Assembly: GCA_964617765.1 (NCBI GenBank)
Contig: CAZTZY010000004.1
Span: 15 to 64,014, forward strand
Length of the DNA: 64,000 bases
Source of the DNA: an uncultured Spongiibacteraceae bacterium
GTDB lineage: Bacteria; Pseudomonadota; Gammaproteobacteria; Pseudomonadales; DT-91
Reading direction: 5' to 3'
Position numbers and translations under genes: made by a program. Positions 36,210-49,917 of this stretch are shown here, in pieces. Numbering within the stretch: position 1 is the stretch's first letter; the number at the start of each line of letters is the position of its first letter. The notes under the pieces are model-generated. The model was not told where the DNA came from. It ran no database searches and saw only the letters and a program-made list of their open reading frames with translations.

Positions 36210-36764
36210 TTAGGGCATCAAGCCGCGCACATCGATAGGTTGCGCTTCATTTTGGGCAGCACCCTTGGGTTTACCGGCAATTGCCATGCCGCTTAAGCGG
36301 TAGAAGTTGTATTCAGGATATTTACCTACGCCACTAATCAGCAAATGCTCTTTCTCATACACCAGATTCTGGCGATTGTATTCTGCCATTTCAAAATCAG
36401 GTGTTAACTGGATGGCATTGGTAGGGCAGGCCTCTTCACACATGCCACAAAAAATACAGCGGGAGAAATTGATACGGAAGAAATCGGCATACCAGCGGCC
36501 ATCATCCTTTTCTGCTTTTTGCAGTGAAATACAACCTACCGGACAAGATACAGCGCAGAGGTTGCAAGCGACACAGCGCTCTTCACCATCAGGATCACGA
36601 GTCAGAACAATGCGGCCACGATAACGTGGTGGCAAATATACTTTTTCTTCGGGGTACATGATGGTATCGCGCTTGCGAAAGGCATGCATGAAAACCATGT
36701 ACATACTGCGGAACTGGCTGCCGATGCCCCATATCCATGATTTTAATGAAGTTAAAAATTCCAC
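36210..36764 (-). CDS. nuoI: NADH-quinone oxidoreductase subunit I (2x[4Fe-4S] ferredoxin-type)
   Basis: Two CxxCxxCxxxCP motifs: [12 protein letters not shown] and [12 protein letters not shown]. The MYPEEK motif lies near the N-terminus. Confidence 0.92.
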   Translation of the reverse strand: MEFLTSLKSWIWGIGSQFRSMYMVFMHAFRKRDTIMYPEEKVYLPPRYRGRIVLTRDPDGEERCVACNLCAVSCPVGCISLQKAEKDDGRWYADFFRINFSRCIFCGMCEEACPTNAIQLTPDFEMAEYNRQNLVYEKEHLLISGVGKYPEYNFYRLSGMAIAGKPKGAAQNEAQPIDVRGLMP

Positions 36765-36768
36765 AGTG

Positions 36769-37809
36769 TTAACCTCCGCTCTGCAGGAGAACCCATGCAG
36801 CGGTTGCCATTAAATTGATTAATGTCAGTGGCAGGCAAATCTTCCATCCTGCTGACATGACCTGATCATATCGTGGGCGAGGTAGTGCGCCACGCAACAA
36901 AATAAATAACATAATAAAGAAAAGTATTTTGCCCAGGAACCAGAAAAATGTGGGTATATAGGTTAATAATCCAGGCAACAAACGATATCCAAAAGCGGCA
37001 GGGGTATTCCAGCCGCCTACAAAGAGCGTCACCAGAAGTGCTGAAATTAACACAATACCCACATATTCACTGACGAAAAACATAACCCATTTCATACCGG
37101 AATATTCAGTGTGATAGCCGGCTGCCAACTCAGATTCAGCTTCCGGTAAATCAAACGGTGTTCTATGGGCTACAGCTACGCCAGCGATGAAAAAAGTAAA
37201 AAAGCCAATAATTTGTGGAAATATAAACCAGCCATCTTTTTGGGCTTCAACAATATCACGCATGTTGAATGAACCCGTCAGCATCACCACACCCATAACA
37301 GAGAGGCCCATGAAGACTTCATAGCTGACTGTTTGTGCAGCTGAGCGCAAACCGCCGAGCAATGAATATTTGTTGTTGCTTGACCAACCAGCAAACAAGA
37401 CGGCATACACTGACAGGCCCGCCATGGCGAGGAAAAATAAAATGCCAATATTGAGATCAGCAACGCCCCAGGTGGGTGTGATCGGAACAATGGCGAATGA
37501 TACTAACAGTGCGCTCATGGCAATAAATGGCGCTAGCCAAAAAGTCAGCTTATCGGCAAAAGGAGGAGTCCAGTCTTCTTTGAATAATAATTTCAGGATA
37601 TCGGCAATCAATTGCAGCATGCCAAAAGGCCCTGTCCTGCTTGGGCCATGGCGATCTTGCCATAATGCCAACAGGCGGCGTTCGATAAAGCTTAGGAATC
37701 CGGCACAACACAGGGTTACCACCAGAATCACAGCCGCTTTCAGAACGGCAATAACCACAGTAATAACTGTTGGTGTTATAAATGCGGGAAGGAGTGATTC
37801 GATATTCAT
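36769..37809 (-). CDS. nuoH: NADH-quinone oxidoreductase subunit H
   Basis: Motifs: [24 protein letters not shown] and [24 protein letters not shown]. Confidence 0.92.
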   Translation of the reverse strand: MNIESLLPAFITPTVITVVIAVLKAAVILVVTLCCAGFLSFIERRLLALWQDRHGPSRTGPFGMLQLIADILKLLFKEDWTPPFADKLTFWLAPFIAMSALLVSFAIVPITPTWGVADLNIGILFFLAMAGLSVYAVLFAGWSSNNKYSLLGGLRSAAQTVSYEVFMGLSVMGVVMLTGSFNMRDIVEAQKDGWFIFPQIIGFFTFFIAGVAVAHRTPFDLPEAESELAAGYHTEYSGMKWVMFFVSEYVGIVLISALLVTLFVGGWNTPAAFGYRLLPGLLTYIPTFFWFLGKILFFIMLFILLRGALPRPRYDQVMSAGWKICLPLTLINLMATAAWVLLQSGG

Positions 37810-40559
37810 ACACTCGCACCGGTCAATAATTGAACTGTAGAATTAAAATGAATTACCGGCATTCCAGCCAAACCAACGGGTAATGCTACTAAGCCTTGTG
37901 GAAGATCTTTAAATACACGAACCACCAGCGACAAATTGTTTTCAATGCTATGAACTTTTAACAATGCCCCTTCACGAACGCCGATTTTTTCAGCATCTTC
38001 AGGATTTAAACCCACATAAGGTTGTTCAAGCAGGGTAGCTGTCGCTTGTGCCCGAGATGATAATTCCTCACTGCCGAAAATATGATACATAGGCACGGGT
38101 TGCCAATGATTTTTCTGCACAGTAAATGCTGATGGAATATCTGTGTAATATTCAGTGACAGAATTCTCAAGGGGTTCAATCAACCGAACGCCTGGGTCAC
38201 CGGAGCGTAAATGACCACCAACCTCATCCTGGAATTTGGTCCAGGCTTGTGGAGAGTTCCAGCCCGGAGCCCAGGCAAAGGGTACAAACGAAGCATCTTC
38301 ATTTGGGCCACCATAACCTTCCATAGAAAACGTCAAAGCACTGTCAGTATCTTGTGATACTCGAGGCTCATGCACAGAAAGGTTGGCGCGCATGGATGTG
38401 CGGCCAGAGTAACGACGAGGTGCGCGCGCAATTTTTAAACCTTTTACGCGGTAACTGGCATCGGGTGAAGCTTCAGCGATGCGCGCCAGTAAGGGTATGT
38501 TTGTGGCGCATTGTTGAGTGATGTCATCAAATTGTGTCCAGCAAAATTCTGCATTATTCACTGTTGTATGCAGGGCGCAAATCCAGCGCCAGCTTTCTTT
38601 TATTTTGCAGCTTGGATCGTAATATTCAGGGTTGTATACCTGGAAGTAGCGTTGGGCACGGCCTTCCATGCTAACCATGGTGCCATCACCTTCAGCAAAA
38701 CTGGCAGCAGGTAAAACATATTTGGCTTTTTCGGTTGTGGCAGTTGATTGGTGATCGACTGCAACCATAACGGATACATGGCTGATTGCACCATCGACAC
38801 GTTGGGCCAACGCACGACGGTAAAGATCATTTTCTACCACAATCAATGCATCCGCCTTGTCGTTCAATAAGGCATTGAGAGCCGCATCAACGGATTCACC
38901 ACCTAACATGGCCACGCCCAGGCTGTTTACTTCGGGCACGCATAATGAAAGAGAAACGTTTTTACCTTTTTTATGCAGGGCATGGGTAATATTGGATGTA
39001 GCTTGCAGGATTGCCTCAGAAGCTGCACCAGTACCGGAAACAATCAGTGGCTTTTCGGCAGCCATTAATGCATCGGCAATGCGTTGCGCCTTTTGCAGGG
39101 TTTCGCTGTTTAAATCGCTAACTGCAGGTGAATCAGCATCAATGGCATGCGCAACAGCAAATCCAAAACGCGCCAGATCTTCACCGGCAGCATGAAAGGT
39201 TGCTTCAGCAATATCATCAAGACGTGTAGCACTAAAACTGGCTATAAATAAAGGGCTCTTTTCATGTTGGCCGATATGCTGTATTGCGGCACTTTGCCAA
39301 TCCGGAATTTTGTTACCTGCGGCCATTTTTATGGCTTTGTTTTTTACTGACTGGCGTAACGCAAGCGCAATACGCGGCGCAGTTTGGGTGACATCTTCGC
39401 CAAGAACAAATACTGCATCACATGATTCCATATCACGAAGTGCTGGAGTGCGAGTAGGACTTTTTTGCAAGATATCCAGGATGCTGCGTACCAGTACAAG
39501 TTCTGATTCACCCATGCCACTGTAAAAATTCCCGGCACCCACCAGATCACGCAAGGCATAATTGGCTTCAAGGCTTGCACGTGGTGAGCCAATACCAATG
39601 ACACGTTTTTGCGTAAAGGATTCACGCAGCTCAGCAGTAATGTTATCCAGCGCTTCATCAATGGATAATATATCCAATACGCTATTATGAGGGAGAGAAT
39701 TGTTGCGTGCAAAAGGTTGGCGAGGACGATCTTTGCGATTAACAAAACCATGGCCAAAACGGCCGCGGTCGCAGAGGAAGTAGTGATTGATTTCACCGTG
39801 ATAACGATTCTCTATACGACGTAATTCACCATAGCGTTCACCAGGGCTGGTATTACATCCGACGCTGCACTGTTGGCAAATACTGGGGGCAAACTGCATA
39901 TCCCATTTGCGATTGTAATGCTCGGAATGGGTACGGTCAGTGAATACACCTGTTGGACATACTTCAATCAGGTTGCCTGAAAACTCACTGTTAAACACAC
40001 CATCACTTTCACGGCCAAAGTACAAATTATCATGGGCGCCAAACACGCCAAAATCTTCACCACCAGCATAGTCATTGTAATAGCGTGTGCAGCGATAACA
40101 GGCTATACAGCGGTTCATTTCATGGTTAATGAAAGGGCCAAGATCCTGGTTTTGATGAGTGCGTTTGGTAAAGCGATAACGACGTTTGTTATGGCCAGTC
40201 ATTACCGTCATATCCTGCAGATGGCAATGACCACCTTCTTCGCAAACAGGGCAGTCGTGCGGATGATTGGTCATCAACCATTCAACCACAGATTTTCGGA
40301 ATGCCTTGGCTTCCTCATCATCAATAGATATATAGGTATTGTCAGAGGATGGTGTCATGCATGACATCACCAGACGACCGCGTTTATCATCGGCGTTGGC
40401 ATATTGTTTTACTGCGCAGGCACGACAAGCACCGACAGAACCTAACGCCGGATGCCAGCAGAAATAGGGCACATCCAGACCGAGCGATAGACAGGCGCGC
40501 AGCAGGTTATCTGCTCCATCCACGTCGAAAGGTTTGCCATCTATATATATCGTTGCCAT
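37806..40559 (-). CDS. nuoG: NADH-quinone oxidoreductase subunit G (long, E. coli-type)
   Basis: [11 protein letters not shown]... begins at the ATG at 40559; the ORF-track extension to 40610 uses TTG and would overlap nuoF. The 2Fe-2S and 4Fe-4S Cys clusters are [33 protein letters not shown] and [11 protein letters not shown] molybdopterin-like domain is present. Confidence 0.9.
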   Translation of the reverse strand: MATIYIDGKPFDVDGADNLLRACLSLGLDVPYFCWHPALGSVGACRACAVKQYANADDKRGRLVMSCMTPSSDNTYISIDDEEAKAFRKSVVEWLMTNHPHDCPVCEEGGHCHLQDMTVMTGHNKRRYRFTKRTHQNQDLGPFINHEMNRCIACYRCTRYYNDYAGGEDFGVFGAHDNLYFGRESDGVFNSEFSGNLIEVCPTGVFTDRTHSEHYNRKWDMQFAPSICQQCSVGCNTSPGERYGELRRIENRYHGEINHYFLCDRGRFGHGFVNRKDRPRQPFARNNSLPHNSVLDILSIDEALDNITAELRESFTQKRVIGIGSPRASLEANYALRDLVGAGNFYSGMGESELVLVRSILDILQKSPTRTPALRDMESCDAVFVLGEDVTQTAPRIALALRQSVKNKAIKMAAGNKIPDWQSAAIQHIGQHEKSPLFIASFSATRLDDIAEATFHAAGEDLARFGFAVAHAIDADSPAVSDLNSETLQKAQRIADALMAAEKPLIVSGTGAASEAILQATSNITHALHKKGKNVSLSLCVPEVNSLGVAMLGGESVDAALNALLNDKADALIVVENDLYRRALAQRVDGAISHVSVMVAVDHQSTATTEKAKYVLPAASFAEGDGTMVSMEGRAQRYFQVYNPEYYDPSCKIKESWRWICALHTTVNNAEFCWTQFDDITQQCATNIPLLARIAEASPDASYRVKGLKIARAPRRYSGRTSMRANLSVHEPRVSQDTDSALTFSMEGYGGPNEDASFVPFAWAPGWNSPQAWTKFQDEVGGHLRSGDPGVRLIEPLENSVTEYYTDIPSAFTVQKNHWQPVPMYHIFGSEELSSRAQATATLLEQPYVGLNPEDAEKIGVREGALLKVHSIENNLSLVVRVFKDLPQGLVALPVGLAGMPVIHFNSTVQLLTGASV

Positions 40560-40581
40560 CTTTTTGTTACCTGTTAAATAC

Positions 40582-41883
40582 CTAACCCGCGTTCGAGATA
40601 CCGCGTTCAAATTCGCTACGGAAAAATTTCAATGCACTTTGCAATGGCTCCATGGCACCAGGGGCATGAGCACAAAAGGTTTTGCCGGGACCAAGGAATC
40701 GTGTCAGTTCTTCAAGAATTTCAATATCACCTTCTTTGCCATTACCTTTTTCTATCGCTTGCAATAATTTTACTGACCATGGCAAGCCATCGCGACAGGG
40801 TGTGCACCAGCCACAGGATTCCCTGGCAAAAAACTGCTCGAGGTTACGTACAACAGATACAATATTTTGTTTGTTATCAACCGCCATAATGAGACCTGTT
40901 CCCATACGACTTCCGGCTTTCATGATAGTGTCGTAATCCATTGCGAGATCCAGATGCTGCGGCATAAGGAAGTCGGTAGATGCACCGCCGGGTAGCCAGC
41001 ACATTAACTCCAGCCCATCCTGCATGCCACCGGCATGTTCATACAATAATTCACGGCATGTAGTACCAATAGGTAATTCCCAAACGCCGGTACGTTTTAC
41101 CCGGCCAGAAACACCGTACAGTTTTGTGCCGCTATCCGGGCTTTTACCGCGTGACAAACCTTTAAACCAGTCAGCACCGCGGAGAATGATTGCCGGAACA
41201 TTGTTCAATGTTTCAACATTATTCACGACAGTAGGCTTACCCCATAAACCAGCTATCTGGGGAAAAGGAGGTTTGGCGCGTGGATTGGCTCGACGGCCTT
41301 CCAGTGAGTTGATCAAGGCAGTTTCTTCCCCACAAATGTAGCGACCGGCACCGGTGTGTACATGTAATTCCATGCCCCAGCCAGAACCGAGAATATTGTT
41401 GCTTAAATAACCGGCCTCCTTAGCTTCTGCTATGGCACGGTTCAAGCGCTCAGCGGCAATAACATATTCGCCACGGATAAAGATGTAAGCCTTGGACACC
41501 TGTAATGCATAACCGACAAGAATCATTGCCTCAATTAATTGATGGGGTAATTGCTCCATCAGCAGGCGATCTTTAAAAGTGCCTGGCTCCATTTCGTCAG
41601 CATTACATACCAGGTATTTTTGTTTTGGTGCATTTTCACCCATGGGTACCAGTGACCATTTAACGCCTGCCGGAAACCCTGCGCCGCCACGACCCCGTAA
41701 ATTAGCTTCCTTGACTATTTGCTGGACATCTTGTGGTGACATCGCGGGAATCGCTTTGCGCAAGGCAGCAAAACCTTCCAGCGATTCGTAGGTTTTTAAA
41801 TCCAGCGGTGTGCTACCGAGTTTATCGAGGCGCCAGGTAAGCGGATGCGTTTCTGCTGTTTTGGTTATAGCGGCATTCATCAA
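40582..41883 (-). CDS. nuoF: NADH-quinone oxidoreductase subunit F (NADH/FMN-binding)
   Basis: Motifs: [32 protein letters not shown] and [12 protein letters not shown]. The start is either the TTG at 41883 or the adjacent ATG at 41880. Confidence 0.92.
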   Translation of the reverse strand: MMNAAITKTAETHPLTWRLDKLGSTPLDLKTYESLEGFAALRKAIPAMSPQDVQQIVKEANLRGRGGAGFPAGVKWSLVPMGENAPKQKYLVCNADEMEPGTFKDRLLMEQLPHQLIEAMILVGYALQVSKAYIFIRGEYVIAAERLNRAIAEAKEAGYLSNNILGSGWGMELHVHTGAGRYICGEETALINSLEGRRANPRAKPPFPQIAGLWGKPTVVNNVETLNNVPAIILRGADWFKGLSRGKSPDSGTKLYGVSGRVKRTGVWELPIGTTCRELLYEHAGGMQDGLELMCWLPGGASTDFLMPQHLDLAMDYDTIMKAGSRMGTGLIMAVDNKQNIVSVVRNLEQFFARESCGWCTPCRDGLPWSVKLLQAIEKGNGKEGDIEILEELTRFLGPGKTFCAHAPGAMEPLQSALKFFRSEFERGISNAG

Positions 41884-41890
41884 CAGCTCC

Positions 41891-42418
41891 TCAGCGGTAT
41901 TTTTCCAACAGGGTTGCTATTTGGGTCGGTGTTACCGGGCCATGCGTATCATCATCGATCATGATGGTAGGGCCCTTGTCACAATTACCCAGACAACAAA
42001 TAGGCAGCAAGGTGAAGCGACCATCCGGAGTAGTTTGGCCATATTCGATATTCAGGTGCTGTTTAATAGCAGAAATCAAATCATCATAGCCGGTGAGGAA
42101 ACAGCCTATGCTGTCACATACCTTGATCACATGACGACCTACAGGTTTGCGGAATATCAGGTTATAGAAGGTAGCAACTCCTTCAACATCGGCCGCCGGG
42201 ATTTCCAGTATGCCTGCTATGGCGCCAATGGCCTCATCAGGCACCCAGCCATGCCTTTTCTGCACGATTTTCAAGGCATCAATAGACGCAGCGCGTGCAT
42301 CATCATAATGCGCAATACTGTGCATAATATCTTCACGATCCTGTGGGTGAAACGCGTAACGCTTGGTGCGATCAGTTGCCAGGATATTACTGGGTTGTAT
42401 AGGTTTAGCGGTCGACAT
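41891..42418 (-). CDS. nuoE: NADH-quinone oxidoreductase subunit E (2Fe-2S)
   Basis: Thioredoxin-like 2Fe-2S motifs: [11 protein letters not shown] and [17 protein letters not shown]. Confidence 0.9.
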   Translation of the reverse strand: MSTAKPIQPSNILATDRTKRYAFHPQDREDIMHSIAHYDDARAASIDALKIVQKRHGWVPDEAIGAIAGILEIPAADVEGVATFYNLIFRKPVGRHVIKVCDSIGCFLTGYDDLISAIKQHLNIEYGQTTPDGRFTLLPICCLGNCDKGPTIMIDDDTHGPVTPTQIATLLEKYR

Positions 42419-44219
42419 CAGCCATCACAAAGTCAATACTTGCCAAATAGGCGATCAAATCCGGGATCATGGATCCGCGAATCACCGAGGGAATCTGTTG
42501 TAAATGTGCAAAACTGGGTGTACGAATACGGGTACGGTAACTCATGGTACTCGCATCAGAAATCAGGTAATAACTATTAATGCCTTTTGTTGCTTCAATC
42601 ATTTGACTGGTTTCACCGGCTGGCATTACTGGTCCCCAGGATACACTCAGGAAGTGAGTGATCAGGGTTTCTATATCCTGTAATGTCCGTTCTTTGGGTG
42701 GTGGACAAGTCAGAGGATGATCGGCCTTGTAAGGACCTGCAGGCATATTATTCAGGCACTGCTCGATAATACGCATGCTTTGGTGGATCTCTTCAAGGCG
42801 AACAATGGCGCGGTCATAAGCATCGCCATTTACAGCCAAAGGAATGTCAAAATCAAACCTATCATAACCTGAGTAAGGGCGTTTTTTACGTAAATCATAA
42901 TCGACGCCAGTAGCGCGCAATCCAGGACCGGTAACACCCCATTCGAGCGCTTCTTTGCTGTTATATTGAGCCACACCAATAGTACGGGCACGTAATATCC
43001 CGTTCATGAAGGCAGCTTTTTTATAATCTTTCAGGCGTTGCGGCATCCAGTCGAGAAAATTCCTGACTAATCCTTCCCAGCCTTTGGGTAAATCATGGGC
43101 AACACCGCCAATGCGATACCAGGCAGGATGCATACGGAAGCCGGTAATAGCCTCGATAACATCGAAGATTTTCTGTCTGTCAGTGAACATATAGAAAATA
43201 GGCGTCATGCCGCCAACATCTTGTATATAGGTTCCCAGAAACAACAGGTGAGAAGATATACGGAAAAATTCTGCCAACATGATGCGAATGACTTCTACAC
43301 GCTCAGGCACCTTGATTCCAGCCAGTTTTTCAACGGCTAACACATAAGGTAAGTTGTTCATTACGCCACCGAGATAATCGATACGGTCGGTGTAGGGAAT
43401 AAAAGAGTGCCAGCTTTGGCGTTCAGCCATTTTTTCGGCGCCACGATGGTGATAACCGATATCAGGTACGCAATCGATAATTTCTTCGCCATCCAGCTGT
43501 AATACAATACGAAATGCTCCGTGTGCTGAAGGATGGTTAGGACCAAGGTTCAGGAACATAAAATCGGTATTTTCATTGCCGCGTTTCATGCCCCAATCTT
43601 CAGGTTTGAAGCGCAGGGCTTCCTGCGCTGCATCCTGTTTGGCAGCATCAAGATAAAAAGGATCAAATTCCGTAGCGCGCGCGGGATAGCTTTTGCGAAG
43701 TGGATGACCTTGCCATGTGCCTGGCATCATGATGCGGGTCAGGTGAGGGTGGCCTTCGAACTTGATGCCGAATAAATCCCAAACTTCTCTCTCGTACCAA
43801 TTGGCATTCGGCCAAATACTGATAGCGGTTGGAATATTTAAATCATCAGCCTGCAAAGCCACTTTGATACGTACATCGCCGTTATAATCCGATGTGGTAC
43901 GGTCAATGGAAAGCAAATGGTAGAAAACAGTATATTCTGATGGTGGTTGACCGCGGCGATAATTACGCAGTTGCTCGTCAATCGCAGAAAGGTCGTACAG
44001 CATTGAAAACGGCTTTGGAACCTGACGCAGGAAGCGCAGAACTTCAATTAGTTGTGCGCGCGACACCCATAAGGTTGGCACACCATCTCGGGTTTTCTGA
44101 AATCGGCAAGCATCTCCGCCAAAGCGCGATTGCAGCTCCCGAACAACAGTATATTCACACCCGGGAAATGATTCCGGTTGAGAAGTTTGTTGGTTAGCTT
44201 CCTGGTCTATTGTAGACAC
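42405..44219 (-). CDS. nuoC: Fused NADH-quinone oxidoreductase subunit C/D
   Basis: A 604-aa single chain. The NuoC part reads [18 protein letters not shown]. The NuoD part reads [40 protein letters not shown]. Confidence 0.92.
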   Translation of the reverse strand: MSTIDQEANQQTSQPESFPGCEYTVVRELQSRFGGDACRFQKTRDGVPTLWVSRAQLIEVLRFLRQVPKPFSMLYDLSAIDEQLRNYRRGQPPSEYTVFYHLLSIDRTTSDYNGDVRIKVALQADDLNIPTAISIWPNANWYEREVWDLFGIKFEGHPHLTRIMMPGTWQGHPLRKSYPARATEFDPFYLDAAKQDAAQEALRFKPEDWGMKRGNENTDFMFLNLGPNHPSAHGAFRIVLQLDGEEIIDCVPDIGYHHRGAEKMAERQSWHSFIPYTDRIDYLGGVMNNLPYVLAVEKLAGIKVPERVEVIRIMLAEFFRISSHLLFLGTYIQDVGGMTPIFYMFTDRQKIFDVIEAITGFRMHPAWYRIGGVAHDLPKGWEGLVRNFLDWMPQRLKDYKKAAFMNGILRARTIGVAQYNSKEALEWGVTGPGLRATGVDYDLRKKRPYSGYDRFDFDIPLAVNGDAYDRAIVRLEEIHQSMRIIEQCLNNMPAGPYKADHPLTCPPPKERTLQDIETLITHFLSVSWGPVMPAGETSQMIEATKGINSYYLISDASTMSYRTRIRTPSFAHLQQIPSVIRGSMIPDLIAYLASIDFVMADVDR

Positions 44220-44240
44220 TTGTTTCTTTTACCTTGCTGG

Positions 44241-44912
44241 TTAAATTTGATCAGGGGTGCGTAAAACCTGTACTGCACACCGTTCTTCTTGTTTTAAATC
44301 GCGTTGAGCCGGCATATTGGCTTTATAGACGCCTTGTTCTCCGACAACCCATGAAAGCGGACGGCGTTCCTGTCCAATGGCATCCTGTAATAACATCAAG
44401 CCCTGTAAAAAAGCTTCCGGCCTTGGCGGACAGCCCGGTATGTATACATCAACAGGCAAAAATTTATCCACGCCCTGTACGACTGAATAGATGTCATACA
44501 TACCTCCCGAGTTGGCACAAGCCCCCATTGAGATTACCCATTTAGGTTCAAGCATTTGTTCATAAAGACGCTGAACAACAGGTGCCATCTTGATAAAGCA
44601 GGTACCTGCCACGACCATTAAATCTGCCTGGCGAGGTGAAGCCCGGATAACTTCAGCGCCGAAACGGGCGATATCATGTGGCGAAGTAAAGGCGGTTGCC
44701 ATTTCTACATAACAACATGAAAGGCCGAAATTATAGGGCCACAATGAGTTTTTACGACCCCAATTAACAGCGTCATTAATCATGTGCTCGAGAGTGCCAA
44801 CAAACACATTTTTATGGACATGTTCTTCCAGTGGATCGCGCACAATTTGTTTTTCACCGAGCGGATAATGACCTGGATCATCGGGGTTAACGCGTGTCAG
44901 GGTGTAATCCAT
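44241..44912 (-). CDS. nuoB: NADH-quinone oxidoreductase subunit B
   Basis: The N2 cluster ligand motifs are [17 protein letters not shown] and PGCPPRPE. Confidence 0.92.
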   Translation of the reverse strand: MDYTLTRVNPDDPGHYPLGEKQIVRDPLEEHVHKNVFVGTLEHMINDAVNWGRKNSLWPYNFGLSCCYVEMATAFTSPHDIARFGAEVIRASPRQADLMVVAGTCFIKMAPVVQRLYEQMLEPKWVISMGACANSGGMYDIYSVVQGVDKFLPVDVYIPGCPPRPEAFLQGLMLLQDAIGQERRPLSWVVGEQGVYKANMPAQRDLKQEERCAVQVLRTPDQI

Positions 44913-44961
44913 GAAAACTTACCTCAGTTTTTACATCTATACATCTAGAATATTTAAAAAA

Positions 44962-45411
44962 TCAGAGAGCCTGCTCTGCTTCCCGTTGCTTGCGCTTGCG
45001 ACGAGCTTCAGGAGCCCAATCAAGACCGCCAGCGCGCCATAGATAAATCAGCCCAGCCAAAAGTACAGTAATAAAAATGGTGATTTCAGCAAAAGCAGCC
45101 CAGCCCACTTCCTTTACGCATACTGCCCAGGCATAAATAAACAGTGCTTCTGCATCAAAAATTACAAACATCATGGCAACCAGATAGAACTTGGCAGAAA
45201 ATCGAAGTCTGGCTCCGCCAACAGATACAATACCTGATTCAAAAGGATCATTCTTGGCGCGTCCACGATAGCGGCCACCCAGGAAATAAGATACGCCCAG
45301 CATGGCGCAACATAAAATGGCAATAATCAGTAAAAAAATACCAAAAGCCCAGTTATGGGCCAGTGTTTCGACTATAACAGTATTGGTAATTGTTGGAATG
45401 GTTTCAGCCAT
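44962..45411 (-). CDS. nuoA: NADH-quinone oxidoreductase subunit A
   Basis: A 149-aa subunit with 3 TM segments and the motif [37 protein letters not shown]. It is the first gene of the operon, with a 384-nt AT-rich promoter region upstream. Confidence 0.9.
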   Translation of the reverse strand: MAETIPTITNTVIVETLAHNWAFGIFLLIIAILCCAMLGVSYFLGGRYRGRAKNDPFESGIVSVGGARLRFSAKFYLVAMMFVIFDAEALFIYAWAVCVKEVGWAAFAEITIFITVLLAGLIYLWRAGGLDWAPEARRKRKQREAEQAL

Positions 45412-45795
45412 GTGCTGTATTCCTGATTAAAAATGCCCTGATTTTGATTTTATAATCATATTTCTATCAAACATGATTTTGAGACACAGATTCTTTAAAT
45501 CAAAAAGTATGCCAAATCATTCTGGCCTGTGTTTAAGGGGTGCTATTTTATGAAGGGAGACTTTAAAATGCACGAAATTTTATTCAATCTTTCTTGATCT
45601 TCATCATCGATTTAAATCAACCAAGTCGAATTAGAAAATTATTATAGTAGGTATAGTTGCACTTGGTGAAAGTAGTCTGGATAATATTCAACCCAAATTA
45701 AGGTATAAAAAATCCTTTTTTTATTGTTTTTGAGTAAGGCATCTCTTTTGCTCTTCTGGGCCAAAATAAATATCTACAATTTAAGGTGAAAAGCT

Positions 45796-47262
45796 GTGGC
45801 TGATACTATCAAGCGTGACCGTCCGGATGACTATTTTTTAGATTGGAAACAACGGGAAGCATTGGCTGAAGGCTTGATTCCTCTGGTAGGCAAACTCTAC
45901 AGAGAGAAAAATGTCAAAAGTTATATTTATGGGCACTCTTTATATAATGAGTCTGTGATTGATGTTATGCAGGCTCATCGCACGGTTCGCCAGGTTGAGC
46001 AAAATGAATTATCTGAATTTGAAACATTTCCTGTCGCAAAAGTATTGGCTGATCTGGATTTAGGCCCCGCGCATATCGATTTAGGGCGTTTGGCTGTTAA
46101 TTATGAAAAGGATGCCAAACCAAAAGGTATTTCTGTTGAAGAATATGTAAAAAGCCAGGTCGCTGATTTGATTGGTAAGTCGGGTGGAAAATCCCACCCG
46201 CAAGATGTTGTACTTTATGGGTTTGGCCGTATTGGGCGGTTAATGGCGCGTCTATTGATTGAAAAAGCGGGTGGTGGAGATAATTTGCGCTTGCGCGCAA
46301 TAGTTATCCGCCCCAGTGGTTCTGATAATGATCTTGAAAAACGTGCGAGTTTGTTGGGTCGTGATTCAGTGCACGGCAAGTTCCGTGGCACAATCCGTGT
46401 TGATCATGAGCGTCAATCATTTGTCGCAAATGGTAATGAAGTGAAAGTTATATATTCTTCAGCCCCTGATACGATTGATTACACTGCTTATGGTATTCAT
46501 GATGCTATTATTGTTGATAATACCGGCAAATGGCGTGATGAGGCAGGCTTAAGCCTGCATTTGAAGGCCAAAGGCGTGAAAAAAGTATTACTGACTGCAC
46601 CTGGCAAGGGCAGCCTTAAAAATATTGTGTACGGCATTAACAATAATATTATTGAAGATAGTGACACCATCATTTCTGCGGCATCATGTACAACCAATGC
46701 TATTGCGCCTCCTTTAAAAGCTATCGATGACAAGTTTTGCATCAAGTATGGCCATGTAGAGACGGTTCATGCTTATACCAATGACCAGAATTTGATTGAT
46801 AACTATCATAAGGCTGATCGTCGTGGCCGAAGTGCTGCGATGAATATGGTTATTACCGAAACCGGGGCTGCCAAGGCTGTGGGTAAAGTCTTGCCACAAT
46901 TTGCCGGCAAATTAACCGGTAATGCCATTCGCGTTCCGATTCCTAATGTCTCCATGGCAATTCTGAATTTGACCCTTGAAAGGGAAACGTCGGTCGAGGA
47001 ATTAAACGAATATATGCGCCAAACTGCGTTACATTCAGATTTGCGCAAGCAAATTGATTATTCCAATTCCCCTGAAGTGGTTTCTTCCGATTTCGTAGGT
47101 AGCCGCTCGGCCTGTATTTATGATGCAGTGGCAACGATTGTTAATGGCACTAACGTTGTTGTTTATCTTTGGTACGATAATGAATTTGGTTATTCGTGTC
47201 AGGTTCACCGCGTTCTGGAGCAGATGGCAGGAGTTAAATACGCGGTGTATCCTAAAAACTGA
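45796..47262 (+). CDS. gap: Glyceraldehyde-3-phosphate dehydrogenase, long (~490 aa) form
   Basis: The GTG start is preceded by AAGGTGA. An N-terminal ~130-aa extension precedes the Rossmann motif VLYGFGRIGRL. The catalytic motif is SAASCTTNAIAP. The C-terminus carries WYDNEFGYS. Confidence 0.88.
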   Translation: MADTIKRDRPDDYFLDWKQREALAEGLIPLVGKLYREKNVKSYIYGHSLYNESVIDVMQAHRTVRQVEQNELSEFETFPVAKVLADLDLGPAHIDLGRLAVNYEKDAKPKGISVEEYVKSQVADLIGKSGGKSHPQDVVLYGFGRIGRLMARLLIEKAGGGDNLRLRAIVIRPSGSDNDLEKRASLLGRDSVHGKFRGTIRVDHERQSFVANGNEVKVIYSSAPDTIDYTAYGIHDAIIVDNTGKWRDEAGLSLHLKAKGVKKVLLTAPGKGSLKNIVYGINNNIIEDSDTIISAASCTTNAIAPPLKAIDDKFCIKYGHVETVHAYTNDQNLIDNYHKADRRGRSAAMNMVITETGAAKAVGKVLPQFAGKLTGNAIRVPIPNVSMAILNLTLERETSVEELNEYMRQTALHSDLRKQIDYSNSPEVVSSDFVGSRSACIYDAVATIVNGTNVVVYLWYDNEFGYSCQVHRVLEQMAGVKYAVYPKN

Positions 47263-47367
47263 TAAGATAATTTCAGGTAACAGACAATTCTTTAGGATAT
47301 TTTTTGCATTCAGTCGGTTACATGAGTTACATGTTTTATTTTAAGAATATATAACCGGTAACATTGT

Positions 47368-48708
47368 ATGATCAGGATTAAAAGAGGTCTCGATTTGCCG
47401 ATTGAGGGATTGCCTTCACTGACTATTGAAGACAGCGCCACACCTCGATCGGTGGCATTAATTGGATTTGACTATATTGGTCTTCGCCCAACGATGTTAG
47501 TTCAGGTTGGCGAAAGCGTGGCTAAAGGACAAGTGCTCTTTGAAGATAAACAAACGCCGGGTGTCAAATTCACTGCGCCGTGTGCCGGTGTTATCAGGGA
47601 AGTAAATCGTGGATCCCAAAGAGTCTTCCAATCTATCGTGATTGCTGTCGAAGGGAATGCAGAAATTACCTTTACAAAATATGATGCAGCATCTTTGGCA
47701 AGTTTAGATCGCCAGCTTGTTATCGATAATCTTGTGCAATCAGGTTTGTGGACAGCTTTGCGTACTCGACCCTACAGTAAAATTCCCTTAATAGATTCCG
47801 TGCCTTCATCAATATTTGTTAATGTCATGGATACTAATCCATTGGCATTTGATCCGATGCTGGTAGTAAGCAATCAGCAGCAAGATTTTATTGCAGGGTT
47901 AGATGTTTTAAGTCGTTTAAGTAATACTTTGCATGTGTGTTATGCAGAAGGTGCATTGGTGCCAAAATCGCATGCCACTAATGTAACCTATACAGGTTTT
48001 GCCGGTGTTCATCCCGCAGGTCTTGCAGGTACGCATATTCATTTTCTGGATCCGGTCAATGAAAAGAAATCAGTATGGTCAATTAACTATCAGGATGTGA
48101 TTGCAATAGGTAAGCTGTTTTTAACGGGTTCACTTGTATTGGATCGAATAATTTCTCTGGCAGGTCCATCAGTATTAAAACCAAGATTGATTAAAACTCA
48201 ATTTGGAGCAAATCTGGCTGATTTAACCAATGGTCAACTTAAAGATTGCGAAAACCGTATTGTTTCCGGTTCAGTGCTTTCCGGAAGAATGGCTTCTGGT
48301 GTGTTAGCTTATTTGGGTCGATACCATCTTCAGGTTTCTGTTCTTGAAGAAGGGCGGCATCGTGATTTTCTGGGTTGGATTTCGCCAGGAGCCAACCGTT
48401 TTTCCAATATGAATATTTATTTGTCAAAATTCATGCCATCGAAAAAATTTAGGTTTACCACCAATACTAATGGCTCTCCGCGAGCTATTGTCCCTATTGG
48501 TACCTACGAAACAGTCATGCCGTTAGACATCCTGCCTACGCATTTATTACGTTCGTTAGTGGTTGGTGATATTGATACGGCGGTAAAGCTTGGTGCATTA
48601 GAGCTTGATGAAGAGGATCTGGCATTGTGTACTTATGTTTGTCCCGGCAAGTATGAATTTGGCCCAATATTGCGTGACAACTTAACCCATATAGAGCAGG
48701 AGGGCTAA
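47368..48708 (+). CDS. nqrA: Na+-translocating NADH:quinone oxidoreductase subunit A
   Basis: The N-terminus is [14 protein letters not shown], the size is 446 aa, and it is the first gene of the colinear nqrABCDEF operon. Confidence 0.9.
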   Translation: MIRIKRGLDLPIEGLPSLTIEDSATPRSVALIGFDYIGLRPTMLVQVGESVAKGQVLFEDKQTPGVKFTAPCAGVIREVNRGSQRVFQSIVIAVEGNAEITFTKYDAASLASLDRQLVIDNLVQSGLWTALRTRPYSKIPLIDSVPSSIFVNVMDTNPLAFDPMLVVSNQQQDFIAGLDVLSRLSNTLHVCYAEGALVPKSHATNVTYTGFAGVHPAGLAGTHIHFLDPVNEKKSVWSINYQDVIAIGKLFLTGSLVLDRIISLAGPSVLKPRLIKTQFGANLADLTNGQLKDCENRIVSGSVLSGRMASGVLAYLGRYHLQVSVLEEGRHRDFLGWISPGANRFSNMNIYLSKFMPSKKFRFTTNTNGSPRAIVPIGTYETVMPLDILPTHLLRSLVVGDIDTAVKLGALELDEEDLALCTYVCPGKYEFGPILRDNLTHIEQEG

Positions 48709-49917
48709 GTGAATATCATTCGTCAATTTTTTGATCGCATCGAGCCGCATTTTCAAAAAGGCGGTAAGCTGGAAAAATATTTCGCTATTTATGAAGTATT
48801 CGATACTTTCTTTTATTCGCCAAATACCGTTACTTATAGCGCATCGCATGTCCGTGACGGTATTGATCTAAAGCGGGTAATGATTACCGTTTGGCTTGCT
48901 ACCTTTCCTGTTATGTTTTACGGCATGTATAACGTCGGTTATCAGGCAAATACAGCTATGGCTAACATGGGTATTGCCGCTATAACAGATTGGCATGGAT
49001 GTTTTATTGAGATTTTTGCAGGTTATGATGCGGGAAGTATTTGGGATTGTTTCTGGCATGGTGCGGTGTATTTTCTGCCTATTTATATAGTCACATTTGT
49101 CGTAGGTATTGCCTGGGAAATTTTATTTGCCATTATCCGTGGCCATGAAGTCAACGAAGGTTTCTTTGTGACCTCAGTTTTATTTGCCTTGATACTTCCT
49201 CCTGATATTCCTTTGTGGCAAGTGGCGTTAGGTATAAGTTTTGGCGTGGTAATTGCGAAAGAGGTTTTTGGTGGCACCGGCAAGAACTTTCTTAACCCTG
49301 CATTGGCTGGCAGGGCATTCCTGTTTTTTGCTTATCCTGCACAAATATCCGGTGATGCTGTCTGGACGGCTGTTGATGGTTTTAGCGGGGCAACTGCACT
49401 TAGTCTAGCGGCGGCAGGCGGTGTTCAGGAGATTACCAATAATTCTATTACCTGGATGGATGCATTTTTAGGTAATATTCAAGGTAGCATTGGTGAAACA
49501 TCAACATTGGCGATCTTGTTAGGTGCCGTTATCCTCCTTTGGACAAAAATAGCATCGTGGCGAATTATGGCGGGTGTAATGCTGGGTATGGTGGCAACAA
49601 CATTACTGTTTAATGTGATAGGTTCAGATACTAATCCTATGTTCGCAATGCCATTCTGGTGGCATATGGTTTTAGGCGGATTTGCTTTTGGAACAGTATT
49701 CATGGCAACCGATCCGGTATCTGCAGCCATGACTAATACAGGGAAATGGTATTTTGGTGCCTTGATAGGGTTTATGGTGATTTTGATTCGGGTAATGAAC
49801 CCGGCGTTTCCGGAAGGCATGATGTTGGCGATACTGTTTGCAAACCTGTTTGCCCCTACGATTGACCATTTTGTGGTTAAGGCTAATATCAATCGGAGGT
49901 TGGCACGTAATGCTTAG
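48709..49917 (+). CDS. nqrB: Na+-NQR subunit B
   Basis: The GTG start follows GGAGGG. It is a polytopic protein with an FMN-attachment context ([15 protein letters not shown]) and the motif [10 protein letters not shown]. Confidence 0.9.
   Translation: MNIIRQFFDRIEPHFQKGGKLEKYFAIYEVFDTFFYSPNTVTYSASHVRDGIDLKRVMITVWLATFPVMFYGMYNVGYQANTAMANMGIAAITDWHGCFIEIFAGYDAGSIWDCFWHGAVYFLPIYIVTFVVGIAWEILFAIIRGHEVNEGFFVTSVLFALILPPDIPLWQVALGISFGVVIAKEVFGGTGKNFLNPALAGRAFLFFAYPAQISGDAVWTAVDGFSGATALSLAAAGGVQEITNNSITWMDAFLGNIQGSIGETSTLAILLGAVILLWTKIASWRIMAGVMLGMVATTLLFNVIGSDTNPMFAMPFWWHMVLGGFAFGTVFMATDPVSAAMTNTGKWYFGALIGFMVILIRVMNPAFPEGMMLAILFANLFAPTIDHFVVKANINRRLARNA

Noticed and set aside
37370-39796. Several 70-156 aa ORFs on either strand within nuoH and nuoG
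   Set aside because: All are nested in, or antisense to, nuo genes with unambiguous motifs. They have no independent support.
40560-40610. N-terminal 17-aa extension of nuoG in the ORF track (TTG start), overlapping the nuoF 3' end
   Set aside because: The canonical NuoG N-terminus [11 protein letters not shown] begins at the ATG at 40559, which leaves a normal 22-nt gap after the nuoF stop.
41810-42580. 256-aa plus-strand ORF overlapping nuoF, nuoE and nuoCD
   Set aside because: It is antisense to three highly recognisable nuo genes. It has no motifs, and the open frame is explained by the codon bias of the opposite strand.
49838-49909. 24-aa N-terminal extension of nqrC lying inside nqrB
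   Set aside because: The ATG at 49910 ([15 protein letters not shown]...) gives the standard NqrC N-terminal TM helix and the typical stop/start overlap with nqrB.
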